A stretch of 64,000 bases of DNA from NCBI GenBank assembly GCA_964187785.1, contig OZ076410.1:17732001-17796000 (forward strand), read 5' to 3'. Shown piece by piece: positions 58,880 through 64,000 of the stretch. Under the pieces are notes generated by a model that was not told the DNA's origin, ran no database searches, and worked only from the letters and a program-made list of their open reading frames with translations. A program made the position numbers and the translations under genes. Every line of letters begins with the position of its first letter. Within the stretch, counting starts at the first letter, position 1. The stretch is from Amphiscolops sp. MND2022 (lineage: Eukaryota).

Positions 58880-59079
58880 NNNNNNNNNNNNNNNNNNNNN
58901 NNNNNNNNNNNNNNNNNNNNNNNNNNNNNNNNNNNNNNNNNNNNNNNNNNNNNNNNNNNNNNNNNNNNNNNNNNNNNNNNNNNNNNNNNNNNNNNNNNNN
59001 NNNNNNNNNNNNNNNNNNNNNNNNNNNNNNNNNNNNNNNNNNNNNNNNNNNNNNNNNNNNNNNNNNNNNNNNNNNNNNN
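58880..59079. other. Assembly gap (N run)
   Basis: 200 N bases; could hide the terminal exon of the LRR gene. Confidence 1.
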
Positions 59080-60646
59080 ATTCGTTCAATCGAGCATCAT
59101 CATTGAGGCGCTCAATGTTAGTCATATCCGGTATGGTGAATAATAATTTCGAGACTTTTCACGTGCGGCGTCAAAGTCGCTTAAAGCTTTGTGACGGAAT
59201 TAAAAGGACTTCTTTAAAAGGATGGGTATCCCGAGGGAAAAATCGTCAAACCGAAAATATGATTCACTTCAGGTTTTCAGTTTCATTGAAAGAACCCAAC
59301 TTAGCTAAGGAAGTGCGGGGAAAACCCAAAAAGTGGATGAATGGACGTGAACAAAATGAGAGTGAAGATTTTGAAAAAATTGCTTGTGAAATTAGTGGAA
59401 AATCTTTTATTTGTGAAATATTTTTTGATTTGATGCTTGGAAAAGTAATAATGAGCTATAATTATAGCTTCAATACTGGTGATTCATAAGCAGTGGACGC
59501 ATTGTTAATAAAATTGTCAAAAACTGCTAAGAAGGTCAGCATACAGTTGACCAATGTATGACGTGCAACACTTATCAAATTCTATCAATATAACAACGTT
59601 AATTAGACGTCTCCTTAAAATGGATCAGCCTTTCGAGAACAAATTCAATGCAAAAATCACCCAATTAAACACAACATTATTCCAACAATTATTTAACACC
59701 AGAACGTTTATTAAACTTTTAAGTTACTAAAGTAGGTTACGAGTTTCATTAGTGAGGTTGTTAATAGACTGTGACCTTAATATACAGAGAATAGATATTA
59801 TCGGTTAAAGTTTTAGATATGACAGTACAGTATTTTTAAAGGCTTCAGACACAACGTCATATTCCTAATCTTTAAATGAAATTCCTTCTAGCTTAGATTA
59901 ATCGAGGAACGCGATTTCAATTGACGTGATGTTGACGTAGCACATGACTCTTTAGTCCTCTTTAGTTGTGACGTAGACGTGACGTAGATTATTCTTTTAT
60001 TCTCGGCTTGTAAGCGACGTAAGCGTGACGTAAAGTCATTGAGTAAACCTGCAATCTGAGTGGTCAATTTATTCACTTGGTGATTAGTTGCGGATGTTAC
60101 TCGGTTGGAATACGTCGGTCAAGTGTTTAATTGACTACTATTGTTAAACGTGTTTGGCTTGATTCGATAAGTGTTTTATTGGTAACAAAGTTGCGAATTT
60201 TTAGACCGCGTTTCTTTTCTCTATATAGTGATTGAGTATTCTGTCACGGTTATTAAGTCTTACTTTTCAGAGTTTCGCCTTAATATTTTAATCTTTGATG
60301 TTCCTATGTTTTATTCTCGATTATCTTATTTCGTGACGTGAGTGATACGTCAATTTTGAGGACAAGCAGAGTTTTGATATAGTTGGTTATTACACTTTTC
60401 TTGCGCGTTCGGTTTTCTTCCTCTGGACATCTTTCAGTCAGAGTTTATTCAAACGTTGTTAAGTTTAAGTTGTTTTAATTCCAACAGTACTTAGCTGACA
60501 ATAGGCAACCATGCCCTCTTCAGAATTGTATTCTTCGACATGAACTTGCCAGTCCTGGAGCAGACTGTGACACCTTTGTCCAAGTATATAGCGTTTCTCT
60601 GCACGAATTTTCATTCGTGTAGGATTCTCCGAAAGGAAACACTACA

Positions 60647-60835
60647 TAGTTGTTCACTTATTTCAACTTTTCGAAGAAAAAACTCGTTAGGACGTTTTCG
60701 AATGATCACATACTTTCGGTCTAAGTGCTTAAACGGAATAAGTTGTTCACCTATTTCAGCTTTCCGGAGAAAAAACTCGTTAGGACATTTTTGAATGATC
60801 CTATACGTTCGGTCTAAGTGTTTAAACGGAATAGG
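60647..60835 (+). repeat. Tandem duplication of ~95 bp
   Basis: AGTTGTTCAC.TATTTCA.CTTT..G.AGAAAAAACTCGTTAGGAC..CGGTCTAAGTG.TTAAACGGAATA occurs twice. Confidence 0.85.
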
Positions 60836-62311
60836 CGCTCAAAACAACAAGTGAAAAGAACTTGTGCAACATCAGTGTTACTTTACTAGTTCACCTATGG
60901 AACTCAGCCGAGATCACTTAAGTTGTCCATCTTCGACGCCTTTGTGACACATAAGCATAGTTCCTTGTAGTTGAACTCACGTGGGTCTTTATTTTATTTG
61001 TCTGTCTGTCAAATCCAGGAGTCGAATTCAACAAATGTGCTTCGAGAAAATTACATCTACTTTTCACCGCATTTTAGAGGCGAATGCAAACACTTTCTCA
61101 TCTGGCAAAAATGAGCTCGCATGATGGAAGCTCTGATAGGGTCCTCTGGAAATGAGATATTTGTACTATTCATGAAACACTTTCTCACATCTCGGCAACC
61201 AATGAATTCCAAGTATTGTGGGTTAATGTGACAAACAGCTCGGTTATTCAGGGTAGAGAGTAGGCCGAATTTGAAACTGGTATAGGGTTATTTTATGTAC
61301 CGATCGAAGTTGTTGAAGATGATTGCACTGATAAACATGCTTTTCACGACTGAACACTTTTGACAACTGTGTTGCCGACGACTTCAGTAGCATAGTTAAG
61401 GTCTTGTGATGTTGAGTTTCTTTTCCCTCGATAAAATTTTCTCATTAGCTTCTGAACCTCTATTAGGCGTTTAGCTGGATGTATCAGCGTTTGACAACGT
61501 ATCTATTTTTGCAGCATGTTTTCCGGCATAGTCTCAGCAGAAGGTTTTCAAAGTTTTTCAATGTTCCGATTGTCTTGCTCCCAAGGTTTTGCGTAATCTT
61601 TTTTAAAGTCATTACTTGAAGGTTTGTGGGTTGTTTACAGTCCTGATACTGGACGTCTCCGTCTCCCTCACTCACTGGGTAAAGTGATTCTTTCCTTAAA
61701 CCGTGTCCATGAAAAGCTCTGAGGCATTTTGACTTCAACTTGTTCAAGAAATGATCGACTTGTGTTTGAAAATTTCATTAAAACAGATTAGATTCCTTTC
61801 AGTTTAAATCAATAAGATTGGTTTCAATAAAAGACGGTGGAAAAAGTTTTGATAATAACAACCCCGCGCTGGGTTTAAATACCATTTCCAGACACGCCAA
61901 GCGGACAACCGGCGCGTGTGTTTCAAGTCTCGTTCTTATCGAAATTCGACTCCACTTCCGGTCTACAACTCGGTTCGCGAACACTGTGCTTCGTTTCCCA
62001 CTTCTTAAGGACGCTAAAGACCAAAGTTGACAGAACTACATAAGCAGGAAAAAACGCGAGAAATGTTTCGTCCATCTGACAACTCCAACATACAATAAGT
62101 TACAGCCCAATAGATGACTGATGACTCGAAGCATAATGTTAATATTAGAAAATGATTCCCGAATAAACAGAATAACTCCAAGTTGGGGTGGTGATTTTAA
62201 CGATAATTAGGGACCAAATGAAGCAACATTCTTTAGGAACGGTTTAAATATTCATATTTTAGTGAAAAAGTTATACAGCGTTCGTTTACATGAATTTATT
62301 CTAATGAATCA

Positions 62312-62792
62312 CAGGGTTACCGAAAAAAATTTTTTAAACGGAAATAATTGCAATAAAGAAATAAAAATAATTTATTTTTGAGATGATGGAATAAAAAATA
62401 TTTATTTTTGAATCTTGAAATACTAATTATTTATTAAACCGCAAAAATAATTCTGCAATAACGGATTGCGTCGTCAGCCAATAGAATTGCATCGCATCGG
62501 TTGACACAAACTCATTTGCGACATGCATTGTCATCACTGCATGTGGAGGTCATTCAATTTCTCCATTATAACAGGGAACTTTGGTCGACAGAAACTGTTT
62601 CAAAAGTCCTATAATTGTTATATATAATCATAAATCATATAATAGTAAAATATAATGTGAAATTATTGCAATTATTGCAATAATATTTTTTTTGAAACAA
62701 ATGTTTTGCAATTATTATTTTTTTGAGAATAGAAATAAAATAACTGTATTTTTGGCTAAAATAATATCAAAATAATATTTTCGGTAACCCTG
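62312..62792. mobile_element. hAT-type MITE, 481 bp
   Basis: TIR CAGGGTTACCGAAAA / TTTTCGGTAACCCTG; perfect 8-bp TSD ATGAATCA (62304-62311, 62793-62800). Confidence 0.95.
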
Positions 62793-62980
62793 ATGAATCA
62801 GTTAATTGTCCATCTCAATTGACAATTACAATTACATAAGACTACTGTCTTGAGACGAACTACACATATCAAAAGTATAATTGCAATTCTTTCGAACAAA
62901 ACAAGATCTTTAACATTAATAAAACGTACAACACTCTAATACTCGAATAATGATTGTAACACAACTATATTAGTCTATAA

Positions 62981-63084
62981 TATACGGCAATATATATGGG
63001 GTCAAGACAAATATAGGGTCGTCGAGGGCGCTTTGCGACCGAGATACTTTACAATTGTCGAGACCCTATATACATTGCCGTATA
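62981..63084. mobile_element. 104-bp MITE with ~30-bp TIRs and TA flanks
   Basis: TATACGGCAATATATATGGGGTCAAGACAA versus reverse complement of right end TATACGGCAATGTATATAGGGTCTCGACAA. Confidence 0.8.
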
Positions 63085-64000
63085 ACGTATTTAGACGTCA
63101 AACAGCCACAAAATACCCTGTAGAAAATAAAATTTCTGAGCTTCTTTTTGAGTTAGTGCTCATACAGGATGGGTTCGGAACATCTCAAATATCGTCCGCA
63201 AGTTGTTTCGAATCACTGTCATCAGCCATTCTATCAGGTCACTATTTCGGATGTTTTGCCATTTCAAATTTCAAATTGATTTTAGGGCATTTATTTTAGT
63301 GATTATTAAAGCTGAATCATTGTGCAGAATTGAAGGACAGGAAGAATGTGCTGTGGTTTATCAATCAAAAAATCCAAATTCGACGTTTCTTTGTCACACT
63401 TTTTCAAAAACTAATTACGAATTCACACTTTGTTCCCACTTTTTGAACTTTTTTCGTCTCGCTTTTTCAAAACCGTAGTACGAATTCATACCTTGTCCAC
63501 ACGTTTTCAAGGATGTGATTTTTTATTTCCTTTTCCAATGAAATAATCACGATTGGGCCGCTTGACTATAGGTAATGCAAATTGTGGCATATGCAGCAAA
63601 AAGAGGGGACATCGGGAAACACTATCAAATACAAGCATTGAACATTCTAATAGCGCAGATCTGCTGTAATTTAACAACGCGTCTGATTGACTGAGTGAGG
63701 AGCCAATAAAAAAGTGTCGATAGTTTTGACGAGATCAATTGATTGACAGAATAGCATGAGATGAGCCAATAGGAGATGAATATAAATGGGCCGTAAACAT
63801 TCTTTTTTTCTAGGGGAGACATAGTGCAACGAGTCATAAAGGGGGGGGGGGTGGTACATAGTGAAAGAGATCCCAACAAACAAACACGAGGTTTACTAAT
63901 GGAATATTTATTCACAGCATACTTTCCCAGAAAATATTTTCGAATTTGCCCACGCTTTTTCATTCAAAGATAGTTTGCCATCTATGTCATTTACAGTGTA

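Noticed and set aside
57781-64000. Candidates for the terminal LRR-gene exon (e.g. after AG at 61019 or 63329)
   Set aside because: None gives a convincing LRR or C-terminal sequence; the exon may lie in the N gap or beyond the window.

Overview
AT-rich eukaryotic genomic DNA with spliceosomal introns, dense transposon debris and two N gaps. The gene and repeat style suggests an invertebrate animal, but the species cannot be established from sequence alone. From left to right: (1) a tandem duplication (~1.5-4.0 kb and ~8.5-11.1 kb) carries two intact two-exon SABATH-like (Methyltransf_7) SAM-dependent methyltransferase genes. Their single intron is a terminal-inverted-repeat (TIR) element flanked by an 8-bp direct repeat CCAGGTGG that supplies both splice sites, i.e. 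an Introner-type intron. (2) A decayed Ty3/Gypsy retrotransposon at ~12.1-16.3 kb. (3) A ~22-kb block (~19-42 kb) of decayed, mostly intron-poor ORFs with no recognisable family, punctuated by about 14 copies of a region-restricted 20-bp motif (consensus TTTTGGTCCCTGTCGTGAGC), including a 5-unit tandem array. It is a candidate relic of a large virus-like or giant mobile element, but no hallmark gene is visible. (4) A multi-exon RNI-like leucine-rich-repeat gene (43426 to at least 57780, 9 exons reconstructed, 3' end not found) whose introns are filled with MITEs, Helitron-like repeats, tRNA-derived SINE heads, a 175-bp tandem repeat and an internally deleted hAT element. All alignments and counts were made by eye, and no database search was run.
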